The translations under genes and the position numbers were made by a program. The notes under the pieces are model-generated. The model was not told the origin of the DNA. It did not search any database and saw only the letters and a list, made by a program, of their open reading frames with translations. Below, in pieces: positions 7,520-15,555 of a stretch of 18,306 nucleotides of DNA; within the stretch, counting starts at the first letter, position 1, and every line of letters begins with the position of its first letter. This stretch comes from Pontiellaceae bacterium (GTDB taxonomy: Bacteria > Verrucomicrobiota > Kiritimatiellia > Kiritimatiellales > Tichowtungiaceae): positions 1 through 18,306 of the forward strand of contig JALOTS010000007.1 of assembly GCA_025457785.1 (NCBI GenBank). The letters are read 5' to 3'.

Positions 7520-8410
7520 TTATCCGGCGCTCAGGAACAGAGCCAGAATGGATACGCCATTGAATGCAATATGCATTCCGATCGGAACCAGCAGTGACTG
7601 GGTGCGGGCATACGCCAGTGCCAGCATTATCGAAAGCAGGAAAATCGGGGCAACCGACGGCAAATGAAAGTGCATTCCGCTGAAAAGCAGAGAACTTAAA
7701 AGAATTCCCGGCCAGAAGCCGGCGCGGCGCACCATGAACGGAAGTAAAATTCCCCGGAAAACAATCTCTTCAAAAACCGGTGCCGCCACGATGGCGATAA
7801 AAAAGAGCACTGTTTGTACCGGCCACGATGCAGGCGTCAGCAACGCCAGCGAGACATCCTGCAAACCGAACCGGCAGCCGATCACTTTAAGCAGAAACTG
7901 GCTGAACAGACCGCAAAACCAGACCGCCGGAAAGGCCGCCAGATAGTACAGACCGGAAAGTCCCAGTGCCGCAGGCGCCCGTTTCCAGTGAATCCCGAAC
8001 AGCTCTTTTCCCTGAACGCCCGCAATATGAAACAGCAGTCCCAGCAGCAGCAGTGCCGGAACGTGAAGTACCAGAGTTTGGAAAATTACCGTGTGCGCCT
8101 CAATTCCGCCGTCCGGAAACAGCAGACGATAACTCCAGGAAGTCAGCAGATAGAGGCTGACCGCCATTCCAAAAAATATGGATACCACCTGCCATGGCAG
8201 CGCACGGGATGCCAGCCGTCCGGTCAGCTCCGGTACCCGGACCGGACGTTTAATCCAGTACAGCACCACGCCAAACCCCACGGCAACCCCGATGCAAATC
8301 AGCAGCAGAAACAGGAGTCCGGCGACAACCATTCCGGGCGCCAGCCTGTCATATTCCGAAAACAGATCGAGTCGCGGAGAAATTTCTGCTAAAAACCATG
8401 AAATTGTCAT
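7520..8410 (-). CDS. CPBP-family (CAAX/Abi-type) intramembrane glutamic metalloprotease, 296 aa
   Basis: ATG at 8410. The protein is a multi-pass membrane protein with the three CPBP motifs in order: VFEEIVFRG (EExxxR), LFSGMHF (FxxxH) and GMHIAFNG (HxxxN). Confidence 0.8.
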   Translation of the reverse strand: MTISWFLAEISPRLDLFSEYDRLAPGMVVAGLLFLLLICIGVAVGFGVVLYWIKRPVRVPELTGRLASRALPWQVVSIFFGMAVSLYLLTSWSYRLLFPDGGIEAHTVIFQTLVLHVPALLLLGLLFHIAGVQGKELFGIHWKRAPAALGLSGLYYLAAFPAVWFCGLFSQFLLKVIGCRFGLQDVSLALLTPASWPVQTVLFFIAIVAAPVFEEIVFRGILLPFMVRRAGFWPGILLSSLLFSGMHFHLPSVAPIFLLSIMLALAYARTQSLLVPIGMHIAFNGVSILALFLSAG

Positions 8411-8487
8411 AATTTGCGAACAATAGCGGCTTGCGTTCGGTTTTTAAATCAAATACCGTGCGGCCTTTTAATTCGGAGGAAAACATC

Positions 8488-9594
8488 ATGAAAACAGGTT
8501 TGGTTGGATGGCGCGGCATGGTCGGTTCGGTTCTGATGGACCGTATGCTGGCAGAAAATGATTTTGCAGAAATTGATCCGGTCTTTTTCACCACCTCACA
8601 GGCGGGGCAGCCCGCTCCGAACGTTGGAAAGGGCGAATCCACACTGCTGGATGCAAACGATCTTGACGCCCTCGGCTCCATGGATGTCATTCTGACCTGC
8701 CAGGGCGGCGACTATACGCAGGCCGTTCACGGTAAACTGCGTGCCGCCGGATGGAACGGATACTGGATTGATGCCGCCTCCGCTCTGCGCATGAGCAAAG
8801 ATGCCGTCATTATCCTCGACCCGACCAACCGCCCCGTGATCGACAACGCGCTGTCCGACGGCAAAAAAGATTTCGTCGGCGGCAACTGTACTGTCAGCCT
8901 GATGCTGATGGCCATCGGCGGATTGTTTAAAGCGGATCTGGTTGAGTGGCTTTCCACCATGACCTATCAAGCGGCATCCGGCGCCGGTGCGCAGAATATG
9001 CGCGAACTGCTCTGCCAGATGGGCGTACTCAATAAATCCGTCGCCGAAGAACTGACAACTCCGGCATCAGCCATTCTCGACATCGACCGCAAAGTAACCG
9101 AAACCCTGCGCAGTAAAGATGTCCCGACACAGCACTTCGGCGCCCCGCTGGCCGGCTCACTGATTCCGTGGATCGACAAAGCCGTCGAAGACGGGCAGAC
9201 CAAAGAAGAGTGGAAGGGCTATGCTGAAACCAACAAAATTCTGGGAACGAAAAATCCCATTCCGGTCGACGGAATCTGTGTGCGGATCGGGGCGATGCGC
9301 TGTCACAGTCAGGGGCTCACCATCAAGCTGAAGAAAAATCTGCCGCTGGAAGCGCTCATTGACATCATTCGTAACGACAACGAATGGGTTGATGTCGTCG
9401 GCAACACCAAGGAAGAAACGCTGGCGCGTCTGACCCCTGCCGCGATTTCCGGCACGCTGACCGTTCCGGTCGGACGCCTGCACAAAATGAAAATGGGGCC
9501 GGACTATCTGGCGGCCTTCACCTGCGGCGACCAGCTTCTGTGGGGTGCGGCCGAACCGCTGCGCCGGATGCTGCGTATTCTTCAGGAAAAATAA
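8488..9594 (+). CDS. asd: Aspartate-semialdehyde dehydrogenase (long, enterobacterial-type), 368 aa
   Basis: ATG at 8488 is preceded by GGAGGA (8475..8480). [20 protein letters not shown] is the Asd N-terminal NADP-binding motif. The active-site Cys is in [11 protein letters not shown] and the His in GAMRCHSQG. The ORF-track start at 8431 is an upstream non-ATG extension. Confidence 0.95.
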   Translation: MKTGLVGWRGMVGSVLMDRMLAENDFAEIDPVFFTTSQAGQPAPNVGKGESTLLDANDLDALGSMDVILTCQGGDYTQAVHGKLRAAGWNGYWIDAASALRMSKDAVIILDPTNRPVIDNALSDGKKDFVGGNCTVSLMLMAIGGLFKADLVEWLSTMTYQAASGAGAQNMRELLCQMGVLNKSVAEELTTPASAILDIDRKVTETLRSKDVPTQHFGAPLAGSLIPWIDKAVEDGQTKEEWKGYAETNKILGTKNPIPVDGICVRIGAMRCHSQGLTIKLKKNLPLEALIDIIRNDNEWVDVVGNTKEETLARLTPAAISGTLTVPVGRLHKMKMGPDYLAAFTCGDQLLWGAAEPLRRMLRILQEK

Positions 9595-9673
9595 GGCGAA
9601 TGTCTTAAGGCCAAACGTCGAAGGTCGGGAGTCATTTTTCTTTTTCCGAAAGATCGGGCGGACGTTTAAGGAT

Positions 9674-9721
9674 GCCGGCACTCCCCGGAGGGAGTACCGG
9701 CTGCGGGCCGGGTGTTTTGTT
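9674..9721. terminator. Hairpin cluster in the convergent gap between asd (+) and the repeat-protein gene (-)
   Basis: GCCGG-C-ACTCCC CGGA GGGAGT-A-CCGGC (9674..9701) forms 11 bp with one mismatch. An alternative small stem, CCGGC (9697..9701) with GCCGG (9707..9711), is followed by GTGTTTTGTT on the plus strand. Its position between two convergent stops (9594 and 9727) fits a bidirectional terminator. Confidence 0.45.
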
Positions 9722-9726
9722 CGGAA

Positions 9727-12174
9727 TCATTGACTCAGGCGGACGTTGAGACGGTAGAAACGTTGTGTGTCCTGGATGGCGGCGGGCAAGGCAATGGGCG
9801 AACCTGTCCCGGAAATATCGTTGGTGACGGTGTTCCAGACGTTCGTAACGTCCAGCGCGGAGGCGCTTTCCACCCCGTAGAGCCGGCCTGTGCGGCTGTT
9901 GAATTCCAGCCAGCAGGTCACGTTCGTAATCAAGGCGCACTCGATCCGCAGGTGGTCGAGCCGGTTGGTGGGCGCAGTGCCGGCGATATATTCACTCCAG
10001 TTGTCCGCACCGTCGCCATCGGGATCGGAGAACCTGCCGGATATGGCTTCATTCGCGAGATCGTCACCGGTGTAAAAGCCGCCGATCCACTCCCAGTAGG
10101 CATCGGGAGCTTTCGAGATGCGGTAATTGTCAAGAGCTTCGCGTTCGGCGCCGCTGATCCATTCACTGCGGATACCGAGCATGACGGCATCGCGCATCAC
10201 CTTATCGAACAATTCCGCACTTACGCCGAACGTCGCGGGGGTCAGAACGAATTCATAGTGCATCCACTGGCCGGGCACAGGCATCGTCACAACGCCGGCG
10301 TGCAGGTTGGTCCAGGGCGAGCAAAGCGAGATCATGCGGGAGTCAAACAGCGAAGTTCCCTGGACGATCTTGAAGTCGAAGGAGACGGACTCCATCCCGC
10401 GCCAGTCGCCGGCCCATGTTTCCGGGGTGAACCAGTAAGTCCACTCGTGGGTGTCGGTATTTTCCAGATGGCCGTCGGGATTGCCGTCCGTGGCGACATG
10501 CGGGGCGAAGCCGCCGGCAAAGCTCCAATCCGACGGGCCCGTGTTCCATCCGCCGTAACGCCAGCTCTGATTCCCGCTTTCAAAGTCCGCCGTGTGATCC
10601 GGCGGCAGTCCGGCCGCGGCACCTTCGGTGAGCAGCATCACGTTGTCCATCCGTGTAGTGTCGGCGGATCCGGTACCGCTGACTAAATCCGCAGAGATCC
10701 AGATGCAGGCCACGTCGGACAGGATGGCATCAAACTGGTTTGATGCGACACCGAAGGTTTCCGGCGTGAGATCAATCGTGTAAGGTGTCCAGGATCCGTA
10801 GGGTTTTGGGAGGGAGAGGTACAGGTTGCTGCCGGTCCATGTTACGATGGACAGTGAAGAATTGAAGTCGGTTCGCGCCGAGACGTTGGGACGGAGCATC
10901 ATGCGCAGCGCTTTGAACGAACGCCAGTCACCCGCCCACGACTCCGGCGACTGAAACCGCGCGGTGCCGCCGCCCGAGTCTACGGATTGCAGCCCGCCGC
11001 CGGATTGACCGCCGGCGGCATTCCACGTCACGGTAGCGTTGTCAAAGCCCGCCCAGTCTTCGGTGTCCGTGTCGAACCGCGACAACAGGTTTTGCGTAAA
11101 CCGGGCCGGGCCGTTGGTACTGACAGCAAGAATGATGTTGTCCAGGCGGGTAATGTCGTCGCTGCCGCAAAATTCGCCGAAGATCCACATGTCGCTGACG
11201 TGCGCCAAAACGGCTTCCAGCTGTGCGGCGCTGACACCAAAGGTTTCCGGTGTTACGGGGATCGTATGGTGCGTCCACACGCCGCTGGGCACCGGACCGT
11301 TCCAGGTCAAAGTCTGGCCGTTCGCGCCGAAGATGCACACCAGTTCCACATTCGTGCGCGAAGCGCCGTCGCCCGTCCAGTACATGTCAAAACTCAGTTG
11401 CAGGAACTGCCGCCAGTCGCCCGCCCAGTTTAAAGGCATCGCCACTTTGTAACTGCGGCCATCCATCCAATCATCCGCCTTGAGCCCATAACTGGGCCGC
11501 CCGACTGTTTCGTCCATGGTGAGCGTCACGTCGTCCACCGGACGCCAGCCCTGGATACCGCCGCTGGTGAAGCGGCTGACCAGATTCGTTCCGTGCGCCG
11601 CCGGGGGTGTGGCGGTGACAAGGACATTGTCCAAACCAACGGTTTCGGTTGAAGTGGAAAACTCCGCGAGGATGCGCAGTTCGCTGACGTTCGTCATAAT
11701 ACCGTCAAAGACCGTCTGGCTCACACCGAAGGCATCGGACGACAAATCCACCTCATAATGCGTCCATGTCCAGAGCGGGGTGGAGGCGGTCCAGGTCATC
11801 TGCTGGCCGTTGGTGCCGACAATGACGACCATGCCGGCCTGTCCGGCATCGGGGTAATGGCGGCTGGGGATGGAGAAATCGAACTTGAGCACCTTATAGC
11901 CGGACCAGTCGCCGGACCACGATGCAGGCGAGACGAAGTACCAGCTGTTGGTGCCGGAGGGGCCGGTGCCGCGCAGGTGGCCATCGGGCAGGCCGCCGGA
12001 GGCCTGCCAGGTGAGCGTGGCGGTGCCGGTGCTGGCGCGCCAGTTTTCAGAGGTCGTATCAAAGGGACTGACCAGATCGGACTGGGCCCGGGCGGAAAGG
12101 GTCGTTCCAAGAGAGATGGCGATGGAGGCCATGACTCGGAAGCGACGGACGGCGGCGGAGGTTGAATTTTTCAT
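9727..12174 (-). CDS. Secreted 815-aa protein: signal peptide, four tandem laminin-B (laminin domain IV)-like beta-sandwich modules, DPDGDG (thrombospondin-type-3-like) Ca-binding motif, C-terminal tail ending FYRLNVRLSQ
   Basis: The ORF is 9727..12219. I prefer ATG 12174 (AAGGAA upstream). MKNSTSAAVRRFRVMASIAISLGTTLSARA|Q is a signal peptide. Four ~160-aa repeats share F..(E/G).W ... W(S/A)GDW ... (L)(S/K)FD ... W(T/M).(Y/H) ... (L/V)(T/S)P(E/A)(T/A)FGV(S/A) ... (L/M)DN. The W.GDW...L.FD block and the ..V..L.I.AEF....LDN tail parallel the laminin B logic (yW.lP..flGd...sYGg.L.f ... fm.vLanlt.l.IRa.y). This is recognised by eye only. Confidence 0.8.
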   Translation of the reverse strand: MKNSTSAAVRRFRVMASIAISLGTTLSARAQSDLVSPFDTTSENWRASTGTATLTWQASGGLPDGHLRGTGPSGTNSWYFVSPASWSGDWSGYKVLKFDFSIPSRHYPDAGQAGMVVIVGTNGQQMTWTASTPLWTWTHYEVDLSSDAFGVSQTVFDGIMTNVSELRILAEFSTSTETVGLDNVLVTATPPAAHGTNLVSRFTSGGIQGWRPVDDVTLTMDETVGRPSYGLKADDWMDGRSYKVAMPLNWAGDWRQFLQLSFDMYWTGDGASRTNVELVCIFGANGQTLTWNGPVPSGVWTHHTIPVTPETFGVSAAQLEAVLAHVSDMWIFGEFCGSDDITRLDNIILAVSTNGPARFTQNLLSRFDTDTEDWAGFDNATVTWNAAGGQSGGGLQSVDSGGGTARFQSPESWAGDWRSFKALRMMLRPNVSARTDFNSSLSIVTWTGSNLYLSLPKPYGSWTPYTIDLTPETFGVASNQFDAILSDVACIWISADLVSGTGSADTTRMDNVMLLTEGAAAGLPPDHTADFESGNQSWRYGGWNTGPSDWSFAGGFAPHVATDGNPDGHLENTDTHEWTYWFTPETWAGDWRGMESVSFDFKIVQGTSLFDSRMISLCSPWTNLHAGVVTMPVPGQWMHYEFVLTPATFGVSAELFDKVMRDAVMLGIRSEWISGAEREALDNYRISKAPDAYWEWIGGFYTGDDLANEAISGRFSDPDGDGADNWSEYIAGTAPTNRLDHLRIECALITNVTCWLEFNSRTGRLYGVESASALDVTNVWNTVTNDISGTGSPIALPAAIQDTQRFYRLNVRLSQ
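10114..12078 (-). repeat. Four tandem, divergent protein-domain repeats (about 155-162 codons each) inside the 9727..12174 CDS
   Basis: The approximate units are 11611..12078, 11122..11586, 10630..11091 and 10114..10599. The W(A/S)GDW codons recur near 11905..11919, 11413..11427, 10924..10938 and 10402..10416. I verified the last as TGGGCCGGCGACTGG on the minus strand. DNA identity between units is low except around this motif. Confidence 0.75.
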
Positions 12175-12366
12175 GTGAGAGTTCCTTTCTATAAGTTTTA
12201 CCCCGCTGCCCTCCGGCACTCAACCCAAAAGGTTGACAACGAATTCAGCCGGTCTTGTTCGTTTTCAGGGAGCAGACTGATCCGCAGGGTAATTTCTTTG
12301 GCCTTGCGCTTCAGATGCGCCGGACAGGCCGACCTCTGCTCTAAAACACAAACCCTGTTACGCCGT

Positions 12367-12413
12367 AAAAACACGTATCACGCAGAACTCGCTGCGCATT
12401 ACGTATTACGTGT
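12367..12413 (-). terminator. Rho-independent-type terminator after the mini-lipoprotein gene
   Basis: The minus-strand RNA reads ..ACGUA-AUG-CGCAG CGAGUU CUGCG-UGA-UACGU G UUUUU. This is two 5-bp helices around a 3x3 internal loop, and an alternative 7-bp ACACGUA/UACGUGU helix is also possible. A U5 run follows (plus-strand A5 at 12367..12371). The element starts 6 nt after the stop at 12419. Confidence 0.55.
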
Positions 12414-12418
12414 CTTTT

Positions 12419-12586
12419 TCAATCGTATCCGCTCATGCCGGGAATGCCGGGGCTGCCCTCCCAGGTTTGGGGCGTGTTCCACGGCATGTCGGAATAGTCG
12501 CGCTTCGTGCCATCCTCATACGTCGGGGTTGAACACCCGGCGAGCAGGGCAGCGATAAAAATTAAACCTGTGAGTTTTCCAGACAT
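12419..12586 (-). CDS. Mini-lipoprotein, 55 aa precursor (about 38-aa mature peptide)
   Basis: MSGKLTGLIFIAALLAGC has a basic n-region, a hydrophobic core and the lipobox L-A-G-C. The mature part is CSTPTYEDGTKRDYSDMPWNTPQTWEGSPGIPGMSGYD. The start could also be ATG 12595 (MFPMSGK..). No obvious Shine-Dalgarno sequence precedes either ATG. The ORF-track start at 12664 is unlikely. Confidence 0.6.
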   Translation of the reverse strand: MSGKLTGLIFIAALLAGCSTPTYEDGTKRDYSDMPWNTPQTWEGSPGIPGMSGYD

Positions 12587-12742
12587 GGGAAACATATATG
12601 CACTTTTTTCCAGACATTGGAAATCATTTTTCCGCTCACTTTCATACTGGGATGCCGAATACAAACGCAGGTGACTTGTCTGTCATGGCTCGAAACGCGA
12701 CGGATGATTGCCGTTGATCCGGCCTTACGCTTTTAAGTACTG

Positions 12743-12841
12743 CCGGAACTCAGCCGCTATCGCGGCGTGGATCCGGCAACCACAAAATGCTTCGTCTCCC
12801 ACATAAGCCGGATCCACGGGCGAATACGCCCTGAGTTCCGG
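12743..12841. repeat. 99-bp nested palindrome predicted to fold as a four-way junction (structured RNA, terminator/insulator or REP/MITE-like element)
   Basis: The outer arms CCGGAACTCAG (12743..12753) and CTGAGTTCCGG (12831..12841) are exact reverse complements. The inner arms GTGGATCCGGC (12767..12777) and GCCGGATCCAC (12807..12817) are also exact. The 13-nt segments between them are not complementary to each other. Each is self-complementary instead: CCGC-TATC-GCGG (12754..12765) and GGCG-AATA-CGCC (12819..12830). The apical loop is 29 nt (12778..12806). Confidence 0.7.
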
Positions 12842-12904
12842 CTTTACCTTTGCGGTGCGCCAATCATGCCCCGACGAAGGCGATTCCACTGTTTGGAAAA
12901 TCGA

Positions 12905-13792
12905 TTACTGCCCGCGAACGCGGGAGAGGCAGGCGAACAGCTCGGGATAGAAGGCGGTTTTGGCGCGGTTGAGCAGATAAAGATGAACGCCCGGCGTGCC
13001 GCCTTCGATCAGTTCCGAAATCTGTTCAATGGCCCAGTAGAGGCCGATGCGTTCCATTTTCAGCGGGTCGTTCCGCGCGGCCTCCAGATTTTTCAGCAGT
13101 ATCTCCGGCACATGAAATTCGCAAAAGGTGCGCATTCGGTTAATCTGTTCGAGCGAGATCACCGGCAGCAGGCCGGGAAGAACCGGCACATGAATCCCGG
13201 CGGAACGGCACCGGTCGACAAATTCAAAATAAACATGGTTGTGCAGGAAGAGCTGCGTTGTAATAAAATCAGCTCCGGCATCCACCTTCTCTTTGAGATG
13301 CCGGATATCCTCCGCCTTGTTATAGGCTTCCGGATGTTTTTCCGGGTAGCCTGCAACGCCGATGCAAAGCTGCGGATAACGTCCGCGCAGGAAAGCGACC
13401 AGTTCAGATGCATAACGAAAGCCGTCTTTCGACGGTTTGAAAAACTTTTCACCGCGCGGCGGATCTCCGCGCAGCGCCATCACGCTGTTGAACCCCTGCG
13501 CAATCAGTTCGTCAACTGAACCGGTCAGCGTATCGCGGGAAATCCCCACGCAGGTGCAGTGCGGCATGACGGTTTCATAGCCGAGGCTGCGCAGTTTTTT
13601 CGAAATGTCAAGCGTTGGTCCGGTCGCCGAGCCGCCCGCACCGCAGGTGACGGAGACAAAATCCGGCTTGAGGCCGGTCAGTTCCGCCGCGCCTTGATTA
13701 AAATTTTCCTGTGCCGCCGCCGTCTTCGGCGGAAAGAATTCGACAGAGATCAGCGGATGCGCCGACGCGTTTATTTTCTGGATTACAGTCAT
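12905..13792 (-). CDS. metF: 5,10-methylenetetrahydrofolate reductase, 295 aa
   Basis: I prefer ATG 13792 (MTVIQKIN..). ISVEFFPPKT, FVSVTCGAGGS, PHCTCVG, NSVMALRGDPP and ADFITTQLFL are the conserved MetF blocks in the right order. The ORF-track start at 13834 adds 14 residues and runs into the HU terminator. Confidence 0.92.
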   Translation of the reverse strand: MTVIQKINASAHPLISVEFFPPKTAAAQENFNQGAAELTGLKPDFVSVTCGAGGSATGPTLDISKKLRSLGYETVMPHCTCVGISRDTLTGSVDELIAQGFNSVMALRGDPPRGEKFFKPSKDGFRYASELVAFLRGRYPQLCIGVAGYPEKHPEAYNKAEDIRHLKEKVDAGADFITTQLFLHNHVYFEFVDRCRSAGIHVPVLPGLLPVISLEQINRMRTFCEFHVPEILLKNLEAARNDPLKMERIGLYWAIEQISELIEGGTPGVHLYLLNRAKTAFYPELFACLSRVRGQ

Positions 13793-13832
13793 CTGAATCT
13801 GTTTATTCGGAACAGCGGAATGATTCAAGTGC

Positions 13833-13862
13833 AAAAAAAACAGCCCCGGAAATCCGGGGCTG
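13833..13862 (-). terminator. Canonical intrinsic terminator after the HU gene
   Basis: The minus-strand RNA is CAGCCCCGG AUUU CCGGGGCUG followed by U8. The stem is 13841..13849 with 13854..13862 (9 bp, perfect), and the U-tract is plus-strand A8 at 13833..13840. It lies 17 nt after the HU stop. Confidence 0.85.
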
Positions 13863-13878
13863 CAGTGCGCAAAAAACC

Positions 13879-14160
13879 TTAGCCAAGAATTGCATCTTTG
13901 GCGGCTTTGGCGATGCGGAATTTAAGAACCGTTTTCGCGGCGATCTTAATTTGTGCGCCGGTGGCCGGGTTGCGGCCCATGCGGGCTTTGCGTTTCACTT
14001 TGACCAGCTTGCCAAGACCGGGAACGGTGAAGCCTGCCGCGGCACCTTTGTATGCCTGAGCGATGATGGATTCGAGGGCGGCTTTCGCCTGTACCTTGCT
14101 GATTTCTGCATCAGCGGCGATTTTGGCGATGATCTGAGACTTTGTTGCTGCTTTTGCCAT
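13879..14160 (-). CDS. HU/IHF-family nucleoid-associated DNA-binding protein, 93 aa
   Basis: ATG at 14160 with AGGAGAA upstream. MAKAATKSQIIAKIAADAEISKVQAKAALESII..FTVPGLGKLVKVKRKARMGRNPATGAQIKIAAKTVLKFR shows the HU helix-turn-helix body plus the beta-arm with the R.GRNP.TG signature. Confidence 0.92.
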   Translation of the reverse strand: MAKAATKSQIIAKIAADAEISKVQAKAALESIIAQAYKGAAAGFTVPGLGKLVKVKRKARMGRNPATGAQIKIAAKTVLKFRIAKAAKDAILG

Positions 14161-14295
14161 TGCGGATTCTCCTATTGCTTTTTGTTACTGTTTTCCGGCC
14201 TTATTTCATACTCGGCCCCTATTTGTCGGTGAATACTTACTGCAAAGAACGCGGGCACGCAAGGGGAAATATGATAATAATGCAGTTTTTACTGA

Positions 14296-15555
14296 CTAAA
14301 AGCTGTATCGCGCGGCAAGCGAGGCGTTGCTGTTATCTTCAAATTGTCCAAAAAAGGTGTAGTTGTGCTCGCCGAAAAAAAAGTTTCCTCGAGCTTCCAT
14401 CAGCCAGTGATCGGTCAGTTTGTAGGATACGCCGGGGCGCAGATAGCCGTCCTGATCGGATGGCGACCAATAGACAAAGAGGCCGAGCGTCAGATTCTGG
14501 TTCAGCAGCATTTGCGTAAGGCGCAGCGTGAGAACGTGGCGGTTTTCGTCGGCTTCGGTTCCGGACGGGCCGGGGTAGGCGTCGCAATATTCATTGTGCC
14601 GCATCATGTGTTCGATGTAGTACTGCGCCGAACCGGTCAGGTCTTTTATGATTTCGTGTTCATAGCCGGCCAGCAGGCGGGCCTGACTGTTCGGAGCCCA
14701 CGGGTCGGTTCCGTTGCGGTCGTCGCGGGAATCATAATAACCGCCTTCGAGACGGGCAATGCCGCCCGCCAGCGGGCCGCGTATGCTGGTGCCGTACACG
14801 GAAAGTTTCGGGAACGTATTCTTCCCCTTCACCGGATCAAACCCTTGCGGCGTTTTCCAAAAGCCGTCATAGCCATACACCGCAAATTCCATACCTTCGA
14901 AGGTGTGATAAATTCGTGCGGCGGTTTCGTCGTCTTCCAGCCACTCGTCCTGACGCTCGGTTTTCAAATCTGTGCCGGTCAGCGCTGCGCCGTTCCAGTA
15001 GGAAAACCGCTCGCCATCAATGAAGCGATCGGAGTCAAACCGCGGGGTATAAGCGAAGTCGATACTGGCAAACGGCGGAAAGAAGCTTATGAAAAGTGCA
15101 TCGGACGGGGCTTTGAGATATTCTTCGTCGCGCCCGGCAAAAAACGATTTCCAATCCTTGGGAAACAGATCGTTGATGAAAAGCAGGTCGCCGGTGCCCC
15201 ACGTCAAAATCTGCCGCCCGGCTTTTATGTCCATCCAGTCAACGGGGGTGAACTGCACGTTCATTTCGCGCAGATCGACCGGGCCTTTGCCGGTTTCGAG
15301 ATTGAGCTGGTCGTGGTTGTTCGCAACTCCGTCGAACAGGAAATCGGAACGCACGGTCGCGGTGAATAGATCCTGATACCAGACTCTGCTCAGTTGCAGC
15401 CGCAGTTCTTCCAGTGTTTTGTCGCCTTTGTTCGGGTCGTTCTGCGTACGGAGACCGTAGCGGGCATCGACGAAGCCGTGCAGCGCCAGGTCCGCCGCGA
15501 AAGCGGACGAGGAAAGAATCAGGCTGATCAGACTGATTTGCCGGATAGTGTTCAT
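14296..15555 (-). CDS. Outer-membrane beta-barrel protein (DUF1302 / alginate-export-like), 419 aa
   Basis: The signal peptide is MNTIRQISLISLILSSSAFA|ADL. Alternating amphipathic beta-strand patterns run throughout. The block IKAGRQILTWGTGDLLF resembles the (l)GrQ..sWGe motif of DUF1302-type barrels. The C-terminal ..ASLAARYSF ends in the aromatic residue typical of BAM substrates. The start ATG overlaps the upstream stop (ATGA at 15552..15555). Confidence 0.75.
   Translation of the reverse strand: MNTIRQISLISLILSSSAFAADLALHGFVDARYGLRTQNDPNKGDKTLEELRLQLSRVWYQDLFTATVRSDFLFDGVANNHDQLNLETGKGPVDLREMNVQFTPVDWMDIKAGRQILTWGTGDLLFINDLFPKDWKSFFAGRDEEYLKAPSDALFISFFPPFASIDFAYTPRFDSDRFIDGERFSYWNGAALTGTDLKTERQDEWLEDDETAARIYHTFEGMEFAVYGYDGFWKTPQGFDPVKGKNTFPKLSVYGTSIRGPLAGGIARLEGGYYDSRDDRNGTDPWAPNSQARLLAGYEHEIIKDLTGSAQYYIEHMMRHNEYCDAYPGPSGTEADENRHVLTLRLTQMLLNQNLTLGLFVYWSPSDQDGYLRPGVSYKLTDHWLMEARGNFFFGEHNYTFFGQFEDNSNASLAARYSF

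Noticed and set aside
7281-7667. 128-aa plus-strand ORF spanning the 7214..7519 intergenic region and the 3' end of the CPBP gene
   Set aside because: It starts at TTG. Its product is Arg/Ser/Pro-rich (..SRRRSGRQRISVRLLVRVRTRTGG..) and is driven by the GC-rich hairpins. It runs antisense into a well-supported gene.
7814-8392. 192-aa plus-strand ORF opposite the CPBP protease gene
   Set aside because: It is antisense to a gene with all three CPBP motifs. The translation is Gln/Arg-rich and low in complexity.
9712-10686. 324-aa plus-strand ORF, and further plus-strand ORFs at 10987..11433, 11039..11452 and 11758..12165, opposite the repeat-protein gene
   Set aside because: They mirror a minus-strand CDS that has a signal peptide and four internally consistent domain repeats. 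Their translations are Gly/Arg/Ala/Pro-rich with no motifs. They are treated as antisense artefacts.
12767-13519. 250-aa plus-strand ORF opposite metF, starting inside the nested palindrome
   Set aside because: metF on the minus strand is unambiguous. The plus-strand ORF begins at a non-ATG codon within the inverted repeat and has no recognisable features.
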